64,000 bases of DNA from Vitrella brassicaformis CCMP3155. Its lineage: Eukaryota > Protista > Chromerida. Of this stretch, positions 52,765 through 64,000 are shown piece after piece. The notes under the pieces are model-generated. The model saw only the letters and a program-made list of their open reading frames with translations, had not been told where the DNA came from and did no database searches. The stretch lies in contig CDMY01000352.1 of NCBI GenBank assembly GCA_001179505.1, positions 41,827-105,826 on the forward strand, given 5' to 3'. Every line of letters starts with the position of its first letter. Positions within the stretch are counted from its first letter, which is position 1. The position numbers were made by a program, and so were the translations under genes.

Positions 52765-54845
52765 CTACACCACAGGGATGCACTTGCGCCTCTTGACAGA
52801 TGGCTCCGCCTCCTCAGCCTCTGCCTCCCACGCCATGTCCACATCAGAGTCGTCGCCGTCTGTGTCTGAGTCGATGTCTCCCTCGGCGTCGGTGCTGTGG
52901 CGTCTGTTGTCTGGCGTCTCGGGGTAGTGCTTGGGCGTCACGGCGTTGCGCCTCTTCCTGCGGTTGGAGCTGCTGCTGGGGGTGGTGCTGCTGTCCTCCT
53001 CGTGTGTGTCCTCCTTGTGTGTGTCCTCCTGAGTGACGCCCTGACACCACAGAGACACACACATCCATCCATCCATCCATCCATGTCCCCGCTCAGCTCA
53101 GCTTGGCTGACCTGCCCTGGAGCGTTGCTGGTGTCTTGTGTCTCCTCTTGGCTGTCAGCGCGCGACTGCTGCGGCTGCTCGGGCTCCTTGGTCATGATCA
53201 AACCCTGACACACATGTTGAAAGAATGATGCCAGTTTTTTCAGCGCATCCCATGGATGGATGGATGGATGGATACGTGCGTACCGCCTGCTCGAGCGCCG
53301 TTGCGAGGTCATCCTTGTGGTATGAGTCCACGATGGGATGCCGCCGTCCTTGCGGTTTGCCGTACTCGTCTAGGCTGGTGGAATGAGGCCACATAGACAG
53401 ACAAACAGACAGACAGACCTTGATCCACTCGCTCAGCATGGATCAGCGGGGCTGCATTAATAACGGTGTCTCACGTACCACATGATGATGATGCCGATCC
53501 GGCGTCTGATGTCGGCATACACCGACGGCTGCGGCACGGCGAACGGCAGCTCATCGACGTGTTGTAGCAGCGACTTCAGACGCGGGTAGATCTCCTTTCC
53601 CATCTCGCCTGCACATCAACCACAGCCAAACCACGGCAGGTCACTACAAGTGACCTTTTTGTCTGTCTGTGGCTGGCGCACCCACACACGCCCCCACCTA
53701 CCCGGCAGCATCTCCTTGATCTGCAGTAGCGCCTTCTGCTCCATCTTCTCGCGGGCGTACAGGAACTGCACGCCGGTCTTCTGGCGGTCGTTGCCCTCCC
53801 TGGTCCGCCTCTGGAGTGAGACCATGGTGGGGTCGGTGTGCATTGCCGCCGCGGTGACCATGTGTATGGTGAGCCTCACAGCCGCCGACAGGTCCTCCCT
53901 GAACCAATGAATGAACAAATGACTTTCCACCTCTCTCTCCCAGCTCCCCTCCACGTGTGCCTCCTTCCCTGCGTGATTCCTTGCCTCATTCACCCACCTG
54001 CCGCAAGGAAGGTCGCCCCGAAGCGTGTGTGGGCTGGCGAACAGGGGAGCCCCCCTCAGCCCTCCTCGGCTCTGCTGGCCATTGCTGCTCATCAGCCGGT
54101 CCAGCAGCGGGCGGTTCTGGAAGGCCTTGATGGCCTTGATGTCCAGGTCCGCCGAGCGAGTGGCGTCGATGAGCTTGGCTGCCGGCGGGGAAGTCGCGGT
54201 GAACATGGTGTTGCCGGGGTTGATGTCCTCGTGCGACTTGCCCGCGCGGCAGAACTGCTCCAGCCCCACCACCTGTATTTCGCATTCACACACAATACAT
54301 ACAGACAGGCAAGGGATTCTCAACATGGCTGATGGTTTGATGAATGACAATGCATCACGCCGTACCATCTCGCTGCAGGTCTGCAGAGCGGCCTTGAGGG
54401 GCAGCGGCCGCTGCATCTTGGCCTGATAGGCCCTAAGCAGGTCGTTCACATCGCACTGCAGCCGCTCCATGATGATGATGGGCATCTTGCGGCCGCCCTC
54501 AACCTCCACCCATGCCACCCCCACCACCCTCGGCACCCTGGGACCCCCCTCATCCCCCGCCTCCTCGGCCCTTCGCCACACTGCCGTCAGGCTGGCCGCT
54601 TCCGCCAGGATGGCGGCGTCGTTGCTGGCGTCGTGGGCCGATTTGCCGACGCATCTGTGCACCAGCGGCAGGTTGCCGCTCGTGGGGGCCAGCAACGTTG
54701 TTGCCCCGTCGGCGCCCTTACTAATCAGCTTCTCCACCGTCAACTCGACCACTTTTCTCTCCCCGCCGCCGTCATCGGCGAGGAGCAGCGAAATCTTGGC
54801 GCCGGGAGAGGGATATAATGGCGGAGGGCCGGCCGCGGTTGACAT
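52765..54845 (-). CDS. Divergent protein kinase (CK1/TTBK/VRK-like) with acidic disordered tail
   Basis: ISKGADG (Gly loop), CVGKS (beta3 Lys), LAEA (alphaC Glu), IIIMERL, HEDINPGN (catalytic loop), LIDAT (DFG position), GAPLFASP, REDLSA. Confidence 0.8.
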
Positions 54846-55512
54846 GATGGGAGATGCAGGAAATGGGGGGATGGGAGATCGTCACAAATGGCAGCTGGGA
54901 TGCAGCTGACGTTAAAGAGCTCTCGCAAAGGGCGCGGAGAACTCAGATGGCTCGCCTTGCAAGCCGCTTTTGCATGCATGCGCGACCGAAAACAGTGGGC
55001 GGATGTGAGACGCCCACATCTTTTTCGGCCCGCTTCTTCGTGCACTGTGCCTTTATCTCGAGAACGACGGCGTGTACGCATCTGAGATGGGGATACAAGC
55101 ATGCAGGGGGTGGGCGGATGGACGGTGTGCACAGTACAAAGATCCACATCACCATAGTAGACACCCTGTGTCCGTCAAACATGCTAGGCTGCTCAGAGAG
55201 ATAGATGCGAGGTGATCCGCACGCACAAGCACTGCTGTCACGCCACCATCCTGTACACTGCCGTAGACTGCCTTAATGTCACTGAGTAGAGTGGATGAAA
55301 AGGCAAGGGCCCCCTCTGAAGACGCGTGTTCCATTCACTCTACTCACACATAAGGCTTGCGTGCGTGCGCGAGTTTCAGACCCCCGTCTGCCAGCTCCCA
55401 TGCACCCGCATTCGCTTACATCAACCAACGTCACAAGACTGTACAACCAGCATCCATCGCACCTCCAGACACGACGAGAGCCAGGCAGGCGCCGCGCCCT
55501 GCAGCACTAGAG

Positions 55513-55658
55513 TCATGCGAAGCTGTCCAGGTCGAGCCGCCAGTTGGTGGTGGTGCGTCTGCTCCTGTCACTCGGCAGCAGCAGACCCCCGCCCTCGGGC
55601 ACCGGCGGCAGCTCCGAGCTGTTGGTGCGACTCGCCTCGATCTTCTGAACCTACACAA

Positions 55659-55696
<38 letters not shown>

Positions 55697-56154
55697 GCAC
55701 AGACAGTGGTCTGTTCTCTCCTCGTCTGTCTGTTCCTGTGTGGGCATTGCATTGGTCGCTGCTCACGTCAGGGTCGATGGTTTCCCTCGGTCCCATCTGT
55801 GCGCGCATCTCGATGGCCGCTCGGACATCCGACACGTCGAGCTTGGCCTTCTTCTGGCCGTCGTGCTTGCGGGACAGCTCCTCGGCGATGCCCAACACAC
55901 TCCTCACCTCACCTGACACACACACACCACACACACACACACACACGGCCAGCCATCCAATGGCAATGGTATGCTGCCATGCCATCCACATGTGTGCGCA
56001 GCTCACGGTGCATGATCTCCACGAGCTGGTCCAGCACGGCCTCATCGTACTCGAGTACGTTCAGCTCACGCAGCAGGCCGCGCACAGCCTGCCGGGCGTC
56101 GGCCTTCTCAGGCCTCTTCGCGCTTGATGGGCCAGAAGGGCCAGAAGCCTCCAT
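55513..56154 (-). CDS. TAF9: TFIID/SAGA subunit TAF9 (histone-fold)
   Basis: ARQAVRGLLRELNVLEYDEAVLDQLVEIMHR|EVRSVLGIAEELSRKH...LDVSDVRAAIEMR...|NSSELPPVPEGGGLLLPSDR...TNWRL. Matches the TAF9 histone fold plus the conserved LP..GxxLP.DR...NxRL region. Confidence 0.8.
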
Positions 56155-56418
56155 TTTGGCTCAGTAAGCAAGATTATCTATACCTCAGATATTCTCACAA
56201 CATGTGCTCTCCCCTTCCTGCAGCAGCGGTTTCAGGAAGCACCCTAGGCGGTCTGAAGGAAAAACAGCACTACCAACACCCAACACACACCACGCAGAGA
56301 GAGGGCAGATGCAGCAAACTCCGCAGATCTCGAAGCGCTGCGTGTGGAGCCTGCGTGGGTGATTCCTGCTGCGTGAAGACACTGGACCAGGCTTTCAGAC
56401 CAGGCTCTCCCGTTGATC

Positions 56419-56855
56419 ATGGGTGGATTTCTAAGCAGGATAGCGGACAAGATAGACTCATGTCCGCGGGAATGCCCGGTGTTCTATCGGAGCATGAATC
56501 TGCCCTTCCCCTTCTCGGCTCGGGGGCCGCCTGGCAGCCCCGCAGCCGGCAGCAGGAGCCCGGCGATGGGCAGCACAGCCGCTGGTGAAAGCGCGGAGAA
56601 GATGAGATGCTGATAGATGCAATGAACGAATGAATGGCTGCCGTGGGTAGTGTGTTGATGCAATCCATGGATTTGGCGTGTACTGTATGTCAGACGCAGT
56701 ATTTCCCGCAGAAGGGAGATAGAGGTGAGGTGCACGAGGGAAGGAATGGACACACACACATGTGCTCCATCGTGTCCGCATGCAGTGTACGATGTGTCTG
56801 TAAAGACTGGCGACAGCGACGCAGAGGAGTCCCTCGTGCTTGTATTCTCCTCTGA
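56419..56855 (+). CDS. Possible small protein with myristoylation-like N-terminus (MGGFLS); unresolved
   Basis: ATG lies 264 bp from the TAF9 start in divergent orientation, with a plausible GT donor at ~56584. Downstream exons are ambiguous. Confidence 0.22.
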
Positions 56856-57169
56856 AGCGGCAATCAAGCTGCTCAACAACAGACACGATGTGAGCCACCA
56901 CCAGAAGAATCTGGTTGATTGTGCTGGGTGGATGGACGGCTGCCTGTGAATGTGTTGTGTTGATTGAGTGTGCAGATGACGGTGTGCAGATCTTTCCATG
57001 CCCTGTCTGTGCGTTATTGTTCGATAGAGGGCCCCGGTGCTGCGGTGACCCTCACCCTCCTCACACCATCCACAAACCTGCTCACACTGACATTCGATAG
57101 CCACACGGTGGGTGAGGTCAGAGGGACTGACACATGAATGACAGAAACACACTTCAGTGTCTGGACCAC

Positions 57170-57856
57170 TCACCGATTTGGTGACAGAATCGGGATGAGT
57201 TCATCTCTGCGCTGCGGTCCACCCCGGGCATCTCCCTCGACCCAAGGGGCAGCAACGAAAGTGAGCACGCAGCCATAGATGTCTGAGAGCACTGAGGCAG
57301 GCAGGCAGGCAGGCCACAAAGCCGCTAAGCCTCGTGTGCATGTCTGTGTGTTCAGGTTACGTGACGGCCGTGTCGAGCTATCCCCCGGATGAGTCGGCGA
57401 ATTTGTCATCGAGGGCGGCTGCATCGCCATCGCCAAGCCAGCCGTTGGTGCAGCCGGGGGCGTAGAGCGCACAGCCAGGGGTCGACTGCCTGACTGACTG
57501 ACCTGAATAAGGTCGTGTCTGTACAAAGATCGGATGATGGATGGATGCATCTGTCCGTGCGTCGAGATAGAGAGCTTGCCTCCCATCGAGGATCGGTCTG
57601 GGTAGACGGCTGTCTTTGTATTCATTGCACGCACCGTCAGCGGCATGTGTTGCCTGTAAGGGTTTGCGTAGGGTGCTTTGCTTGCTCGTCAACGGTCCGA
57701 AGAAAGGCTGGTTGAGTTGACACAGACACAGGAATGCACTTACATTAAAACATCTCGACACATCTTCGTCACGCACGCACACACGCACCTGCATGGCATG
57801 CCCCTACGTGGCATGCCGCATACGTTAGTGAGGCCTGCGGGCCGGGCCCCTTCCAT
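57170..57856 (-). CDS. Possible small multi-exon orphan gene
   Basis: MEGARPAGLTN|PFFGPLTSKQSTLRKPLQ... and a terminal block VLTFVAAPWVEGDARGG...ILSPNR*. Intermediate phases were not resolved. Confidence 0.25.
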
Positions 57857-58316
57857 CCTTGCTTCCATCGTCTGCTGTCTTCTACCCTACCAGCGTGTGC
57901 ATGATAAGATGGCCTACCGAATCATCCACACACGACGCCTCAGCTCTCCTGGCCTCGCCTCGCCTATCTAGCCACTCTTGCATCATGCACTCAGAGGCAA
58001 CTCGGCAGCCATCCTCTAGCTGTCCATGCCGTGTCGGCTCGTACAAATATCAAATTGCTGGTCTCGCTGGCTGCGCCGCACACTCACACACGCATACACA
58101 AACACGCGCACATGCCCGCCCGCCAGATGATAGAAAAACGACCTTGTCCCCATACATACACATCAGTTAAACCGATGGATGGATGCCGGTGGGCTGTGGC
58201 TGGCTGGCTGGCTGGCTGTCTGGCTGGCTGGTCGTGCGCATGAGTGAGACAGAGAGAAGGGGAGAGAGATATGGGGAGGGGGAGGGGGAGGGGCGAATGG
58301 GTACAGCACACGACTA

Positions 58317-61300
58317 CTATGAGCCGACTCCATTGTTGAGAGTGCTCGTCGACAGCTTATCCAGGTCAAGCTCTACACACAGAATAAACCCATACACACG
58401 GACAAATATATGCTCTCTCGCTGGCCGGGTGCCCGGCAGGGCAGGGCAGGGCAGCGCTTGCCTGCGTATTTGGCGTCAGGTGGTAGCTGCGCCTTCTTCT
58501 TCTTGAGGTAGTTGAGCGTCGCGTTGAAGTTCTTTCGAGGCTCCGTCATCGAATCTGGGCAGACCACACCACACCACACCACACACGGGACACGCACACA
58601 CGTGGGCAAAGGCTTCGCATAGGCCATGCATGGACGCATCTACCCTCATCAGCGTAGGTGACTTGTTCGTTGCAGAGCTCCATCAGGTGAGAGATGTAAG
58701 ACACCGTTATCTGCACCAACGATAGATGGGATGACACAACAGAGAGAGAAAGAGAGAGAGAGAGAGACGTCCATCCAGGTGTCCAAGGGCCCTTGCTGCC
58801 GCTCACGTGGTGGTTTTCCTGCTCGTAGTAGTAAATGTACTTGTCGAGAATCTCCACAAACAGCGCCACGTGCGCCGGGGAGGACTGAATCGCCACATCT
58901 GATCGAATCGACACACACCGACAGTGTTTCTCTAAATGTGTTGAGTTGTGTGTGTCCAGCCTGCCTGTCGACCTGCGATTTTCAGGGCCTTCTGCAGGCA
59001 CTCGAGCACTCTCTGGGGGTTGCGCCTTAGTGGCTGCACAGACGCACACACGCACCCGCACAGACAGGGGGTGTATTTCTTCTGGCTGAGTGGGGGTGCG
59101 TTACGTTGTTCCAGAAGAGGTGTGAGCAGACGAGAATGGCTCTGCACTGGTCGGGCTTCTTGAGCAGCTTGGCGCCGTGCTGAGTGATGTTGGCCGCCTG
59201 ATGGATGGATGGATCAACACACACATATGAGGTGTTGGTGTGTGTGTGTGGGTTGACCCTGACTGACCAGTGTGTCGTAGTTGTCGGGCTCGAGGCACGT
59301 GACGTGGCTCGACAGAGTGCCAACCATCATCAGGATGCCTGTGGGTGGCACACAGTGAGTGACCTCCACCTCGACCGACCCACCCGTGCGTGTGTGCATA
59401 CCTTGGAACTGTGCCCTGCTGTCGGACAGCTCCTCCTCGTAGCACACCAACGCTTGTGTCACGAACTGGCCCATCCATCCGATGCATAACACATAACACA
59501 ATGAACTGTCAACTGCCCATCTTACCTCGTAGCAGATGGGCTCGAAGCTGCCTGGGTTGATAGCGTCGCACTTGTTGGCCATCACCGCCGCTTGCAGGAA
59601 CAGACGGAGGGCTACCTCGGGCGCACACGACACCAGCTCCGTGCAGGTCTGATGGAGGACAGATGTAGATGTCAGATGGAGACATGTGTGGTGCACTGCA
59701 CACCACACCACACCACATGCCAGCCTCTGGCACGCTCACCCTGTGGACGAACTGGAAGACCTTCTTGAGTGTGTATGAGGGGGGGGCCACACCCTGACAG
59801 ACAGACACACAGACAGACAGACAGCGACAAAGGCAAGGCAAACACACGATGTGATGCTCTGTTTCCCGCCTGCCTGTCACCTCCCTCCCCACGCACCACA
59901 CCGACCTCGATGCCGCTGGCGGCGTCGATCTCCCTCTGTTGTATCCGTGGGATGAGCTGGAGAGCAGCCGCCACAGTGGGGGGGAGGGTGTGCACCATAC
60001 GACGGGGACCGCCCTTGCCTAATCAATGAATGAATACCATCCATACATCCACACACCAACACACCCGGCTGGCTGGCTGGCCTCGTGTGCGCGGCGCTGG
60101 CTCAGCTCACCGAATGCGTTTCTGGCAGTGGTGTACATGGCGAAGACCTGGTCGGTGTCGTCATGTCGGATGGCATGTATCAGCCGGCACACCTGCTGCT
60201 GCTCAGACGCAAACTCCTCGGCGTCGACCTCCTCGTCCAACGGGCTGTCCTGCACACACAACAGATACATACAGACCATCACGTGTACCACGTCGTGGGG
60301 CACGGCGTGTGGTGTCGGTGACCTCTTCGTCTCTGATGAGTGGTGTGATGAAGCTGAAAAATCGCTGCACGGCGTCCGGCTCGTCGAGGGGCGTCCCCGC
60401 AGCCAGCACCGTCCGCACCATCGATATCGCAACTGCATCAAGCAAACAAACACACAACAAACACACACACACACACATGGACCCCCTCTGCACACCACAC
60501 CACACCGCACACTGACCCTGTTTCCTGGTACGGAAGTTGAGGAATTTCATGAGGTTGGTGTAGTGGTCCATTTCCAGGATCGACAGCGACAGCGACTTGA
60601 GCGGTGTGGCCAGGAGCTCCACCACGCTGTCCACGCCCTTGCCCTCCAGCTTGCGCTTGGGGCCGCCCTCACCCCCACCTCCCGACGCCTCCTTGTCCTT
60701 GCCGTTGGTCGCCACCCCTGGCCCAGACGGGCTGCCGTAGATGCGCGACAGCAGCGTCACGGTCGAGCCGAGAATGAGATCCACATAGTCCACCTGAGAA
60801 GGACACAGACAGACAGACGGTGGGTGGATGGTGTACGTCTGGTCGTGGTGGTGGGTGTTGGTGTTGGTGTGTGTGTTGCACTCACTCGTTCGGGGTAGAG
60901 TGTGAGTGTGAAGGTGAGAAAGGCCACCTGCAGCTCTAACAGACCTGACGGGTCCACCTGAGAACCTGATCATGCCACACCAACCAGCCAGCACATTGCA
61001 GTGATGGATTCCTTCTAGTGCGGTGTGGCGTACCCCTGTCAGTGGGTCCGTTGATGGCTGTGGCGCCTGGTGCTGTGGCTGGTGGTGGCGCGGGGACGGG
61101 GCGGTCGATGAGCTCGTTGAGGTGGCGGCGAAACAAACCGAAGATGTCCACACCCTCGGGCACAGCCTGACGGATGGGATGCGACACACACACGCCATAA
61201 GTGTGGCAATGAAGGGGTGTGTGTGTGTGTGTGTGGCTGCGTACGTCCGGGTTAGCCGAGACGAAGTTGGCAAGCCTCTTCATCAAATTCACCAAAATCG

Positions 61301-62724
61301 GCTTCAAATCAACTGACATAAAGAGAGAGAAAGGCACACAGCACAGCACAGCTCAGCATAGCGAGAAGTGAACAGCCGGCAAGGAGAGTGGTCTCTCCCC
61401 TCGTCTGGTCTGACCCACCTGAGGGCAGGACCCTCATGCACGCGCTCAGGAACTGGTCCAGCGTGCGAAGATGGCACTCATCGCTGAACACTGACAAACA
61501 CACACACCACACACAGCCACTCGTCAACAGACCGGTCTCCCCCCTCCCCCCCCCCTCTCCCCTCTCCCCTCTCCCCTCTGTGTGCAAGCAATGGTCAGTC
61601 AGTCACCTTGTATGATGCAGTCGAGCAGGTACTGCTGCGCCATGGTGTCCTTGGTGCTCGCCATCTCCTCCAGTATCTTGGGGAGCGCCACATCAGCATA
61701 AAAGTCGCGTGTCATGCCCTCGAGCTGCGACAGCCGCACCAGGTTGGCCCCCACCAGCACGCGCAGGTCGTGCCTCTCCCTCTCCCGCCGCTGCCGCTCC
61801 TTGGCCGAGCCGCTGTGCTGGATGCGCGCCCACAGCCGGGTGGCCTCGGTGAAATTCGTCAGCAGGAAGTCGAAGGCGTCATTCACCGATCCACCCTCCT
61901 CACTGTATGTACAGTGGGTGACACCCACACCCACAGAGAGAGAGAGAGAGAGGGGTTTCGTGTGTGTGTGTGTGTAGGGAGGGAGGGAGGGAGGGAGGGA
62001 GGAGGAGGGTGCTTTGCTTTGCTTACGATTCGTATTCGCTGCCGGTGTCCGGTAGTTTGTCCTTGCACATTTGCGTGAGGTAGTACCTGAGAAAGAGCCC
62101 CCTCATTGGGTGCTGGACGCCCTTGCACAGCTCGGTCATGTCCTTGAGGATGTCCTTTGCCGGCGCCTCCTTGCTCTTGATGTAGCTGGCCCCCACAGTG
62201 ATGAGCAGGTACAGACGCGGCAGGATGTTGCCCGCGTGCTGAACCGACTCGTACAGATCAGACATCTTGCGGCTGTGCCTCTGACGTTCCGTAAAAAAGC
62301 CAGCCAGGTGCTGCAGCTCCTGAAACACCTGCATGTCTGCAGCCAGCAGACAGACACACGACAGACACGTGGAGAGAGAGGGGGAGAGGGGATGTGTGTT
62401 GGCCTGTGTGGCCTGTGTTGTGTGTGTCGGATGGCGCACAGAGGTCATAGTAGTTCTTGGGCGACAGCAGTGACGTCCGCAGTTCGCATATCATGTTGGA
62501 GGCATGCTTCAAAGCGTCACGAATGTTCTCATTGTCCTGACAACCACACAGACACACACACACACACACGCCCACGGCAACACACACACACAGAGAGAGA
62601 TCAGATCTGCCGTCATGTCCGCTGTTGGTTGTGTGCTTACGATAGCGCGTTTCATGTAGAATGCCTGCTCCTTGACCACCGCAGTGGCCTCATCCAGGAG
62701 CCTCTCCTGCTCCTGCTCCATCAT
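58317..62724 (-). CDS. VPS35: Retromer subunit VPS35
   Basis: [24 protein letters not shown]|[32 protein letters not shown]|[70 protein letters not shown]|[41 protein letters not shown]. Confidence 0.98.
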
Positions 62725-63238
62725 CACACGACAGACGGACAGATGGATGCCAGATCAGCTCACTGATCCGCCCGGCTGATCGGTTCGCCTGATGCTTGCG
62801 CCCTTCCTCTGAGGCAGCGGGACTTGGAAGGAGCGAGCTTGCGCAGATCTTTATGGGCTTGTTGTCTGTCTTATCAGCCTGTTGACGTCAGTGCTTCTGC
62901 CCTTTGTGTGCTGCTGTGTGCCTGTTGCATGTTAAGGTGCACTGCTACACCCATGGGTCAGGCCACTTAGGGTACTCCGTAAAACAGGTTGCGAGCTGTA
63001 CGGAAACCCTAAAAGGAAGACGACAAGCTTAGCGGCTCCCGTGCCCGTGTTTGCTTTTTTTCCACCCTTTCCTGCCGGTGATAGCTCCTCGTTTGCTTGA
63101 GAGCGGCCGGTTTTCTCCCATAAACTTTCCGCGCAAAGTCCGCACGAGAGCCCTCGCCCTCGGCCTCACAGCCGGCTGGACTTGCCCAGCTCCTTTCCCG
63201 AGCCTACTTTCTTTGGTTTGGCAGAAGAAGGAGCCAAG

Positions 63239-64000
63239 ATGCCCGCCGCCAACGTTTCTGTTTCTCCGGTAGGAAGGAAAGGAAGGAGAGGCGAGATCTG
63301 CCTCGTGACGAGCGCTCGCTGATCTCTCGTGTGTGTGTTGTTCTCTCTCTCTCTGTGTGTGTGTGTTCAGTTTCTGAAGCCCCTTTCTCCCAGAGGTGAG
63401 GAGGATCTCACTATTCGCAGCGATTCAACCACACACGTGATGACTCGTGCTTCTGATCTTTTCCGTTCAGACACCCCGGATGTGCATTTCGAGGATAGCC
63501 CGATGTGCCTGCCCTTGAGCAGCAGCAGCAGCAAGAGGGTCTCGTGCGACACCATCAGCACCTCCCAGTTCTTCACCCCCCGCGAGTCCCCCATCGTCTC
63601 CCCCCGCTCAGCCACACCCACCGCATCCACCACAGACTCGGCTGACGACGCCGATGTGCCCACCCAGCCCACCGCAGCACCCACCAGCAGCGCCATTGTC
63701 GTGGCGCCCAAGCAGCCCCTCTTCAGCTTCACCGACAGGCCCGACCTCCTGCCCACTGAGGCGGTGCTCAGGCGGATCAGGGACGCACTCGCAGCAAAGG
63801 TGAGGACATGAAGGAGGGATGGGGAGGGAGGGAACGGGGCCATGCTCATTCATGTGTGTGTGGTGTATGTTGTGATCCCCGTCCTCCCCTGACAGAAAGA
63901 GGCGGCTGTAGCTGAGTTCCTGCGGCATGCCAAGGGCATGAACGGCTGGATCGACTGCGGCACGATCAAGGGCGCCCGCGTGCAGCGTCGGGAGTTCCAC
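63239..64000 (+). CDS. 5' part of a gene with Ser/Thr/Pro-rich N-terminus, possibly entering a START-like domain; runs off the right edge
   Basis: MPAANVSVSP|FLKPLSPRGEED...LRRIRDALAAK|KEAAVAEFLRHAKGMNGWIDCGTIKGARVQRREFH. In-phase GT-AG joins. The START-like call rests only on the W-x5-KG-x-x-V-x-RR pattern. Confidence 0.6.

Noticed and set aside
54971-54981. TGCATGCATGC (ApiAP2-type motif) upstream of the kinase
   Set aside because: TGCATG is common throughout introns here, so one occurrence is not evidence of regulation.

Overview
This is a gene-dense, intron-rich, GC-rich eukaryotic window. The introns are short, mostly GT-AG, and packed with (TG)n/(CAGA)n/(CCAT)n microsatellites, and there are two ~300-nt N gaps. 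Gene content suggests a photosynthetic alveolate, most likely the chromerid Vitrella brassicaformis (inference): an APT1/oTPT-like plastid phosphate translocator and proteins with signal peptide plus Phe-initiated transit peptide. By manual exon joining I support about 24 genes: TPT, Rab5, a large low-complexity protein with 2 PPR motifs, an acylated PP2C, a coiled-coil protein, GDT1/PAM71-like, EamA/SLC35G-like, a 5'(3')-deoxyribonucleotidase, CDC5L, a CDA-fold deaminase, an alpha/beta hydrolase, a GT34 glycosyltransferase, an internally duplicated bacterial-type membrane protein, UBC12, a 2-Cys peroxiredoxin, a class I terpene-synthase-fold protein, mitochondrial GPD2, a divergent CK1-like kinase, TAF9, VPS35 and several orphans. 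Most genes sit in head-to-head pairs. The top leads are (1) a previously unannotated-looking terpene-cyclase-fold protein with altered metal-binding motifs, (2) a two-repeat membrane protein whose halves share an intron position, (3) a 100-nt intergenic hairpin, (4) a three-copy ~390-bp dispersed element and (5) telomere-like 7-mers in bidirectional promoters. All gene models are hand-built with no database searches; exon boundaries and family calls need confirmation.
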